Assembly (NCBI GenBank): GCA_965219415.1
Contig: CBDCNP010000002.1
Location: 4,480,001 to 4,544,000, forward strand
Direction: 5' to 3'
From: Candidatus Marinacidobacterales bacterium
GTDB taxonomy: Bacteria; Acidobacteriota; Vicinamibacteria; Marinacidobacterales; DATDRI01
DNA length: 64,000 nt
Shown here: positions 63,344 to 64,000 of the stretch, one piece after another
Numbering within the stretch: position 1 is the stretch's first letter
Layout of the letters: every line of letters begins with the position of its first letter
The notes under the pieces: generated by a model
The model's input: only the letters and a program-made list of their open reading frames with translations
The model's database searches: none
Told to the model about the DNA's origin: nothing
Position numbers and translations under genes: made by a program

Positions 63344-63509
63344 GGTGCTTGCGCTGTTTGCTGTTGGTAATGTGAACGTATCCCTTTGCAAAAAAGCGCT
63401 TACGCTCCATTTAGCGCGCGGCGAAGGTCGTGAGCGCTATTTTGGCTGTAATTTTAATGCAGCGTAAAGTCTTAGCGTCATCTCACCAACACTTAATAGC
63501 GGAAGCACC
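63344..63509 (-). mobile_element. MITE M1, complete (166 bp)
   Basis: GGTGCTTGCGCTG...GCGGAAGCACC. Confidence 0.9.
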
Positions 63510-63928
63510 GCCCATGGCAAAACGGAACTGCGGAGCGGTGGGTCGGCAGCTGCCGTCGCGAGCTCCTTGAGCACGTCGTGGTTCTCGGCGCATGTCATCT
63601 CATCCGGCTCGTGCGAGCTTACATCAGCTACTATCACGAGGACCGTTGCCACTTGGGGCTGAACAAGGACACACCGAGCTTGAGAGCGGTCACGCACCGA
63701 CCGTCTCCTACGGCGAAAGTCGTCGCACTGCCGCGAGTCGGTGGATTGCACCATCGATACGAGTGGCGAGAGGCAGCCTGAGTCAGCTTGGTCGCTCGCG
63801 TTACTCGGCTGGTCGCCGAGAAGTTCGTCCTCAGCACCTTCCCTCGCGCGCTGACCACGCTCTCCAGCATGGGCTCGAGGGCAGTCCGGGCCTAGAGTCC
63901 AGTCCCGGACAAATAATGATGATGGACA
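63510..63928 (+). mobile_element. rve IS copy 8, 3' fragment with right end
   Basis: '...HRYEWREAA*'; ends GATGATGGACA. Confidence 0.92.
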
Positions 63929-64000
63929 GGTGGAATCATCACGAAAGCAGAAACAGAAGAGAGAGGCGTTGACACGTTTGCGTTCGGGGAACAGCGGGGG

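Noticed and set aside
524-63509. Integron with attC cassettes
   Set aside because: No tyrosine integrase and no RYYYAAC...GTTRRRY sites; the repeats have DDE-type termini and cargo orientation is mixed.

Overview
A highly mosaic 64-kb accessory region from a GC-rich bacterium. Sel1/Excalibur and autotransporter-like remnants hint at a host-associated, possibly sponge-symbiont, lineage (inference). Most of it is short passenger segments, either intact genes or precisely cut gene fragments, joined at transposon ends. Two end systems dominate. (i) A family of rve/DDE 'REAA-terminus' integrase elements (IS481/IS3-like) with (C/T)GT...AC(G/A) termini: 8 copies or fragments of a ~1.29-kb IS, one passenger-carrying element, about 21 'Y' ends (CGTCCTGTGCCAAAACTC), about 15 'X' ends (TGTGCCTTCTATTTATTC), and 62-179-bp MITEs built from mix-and-match ends. 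(ii) An IS1-family element with GGTGCTT...AAGCACC ends and its ~166-bp MITEs. Almost no element keeps a target-site duplication, but one 13.3-kb block is flanked by an 8-bp duplication that rebuilds the interrupted target. Cargo is rich in defence genes (type I R-M plus metalloprotease, AlbA pair, ApeA-HEPN, KAP NTPase, TIR-NB-ARC-TPR, HEPN, PemK/MazF TA) and also includes qNOR, RlpA, TlpA, HugZ-like, STAS, S1/P1 nuclease and Sel1 genes. No CRISPR array, tRNA or rRNA was seen. Best candidate for an undescribed system: a MITE/transposon-end-driven gene capture and shuffling platform. Misassembly through repeats must be excluded.
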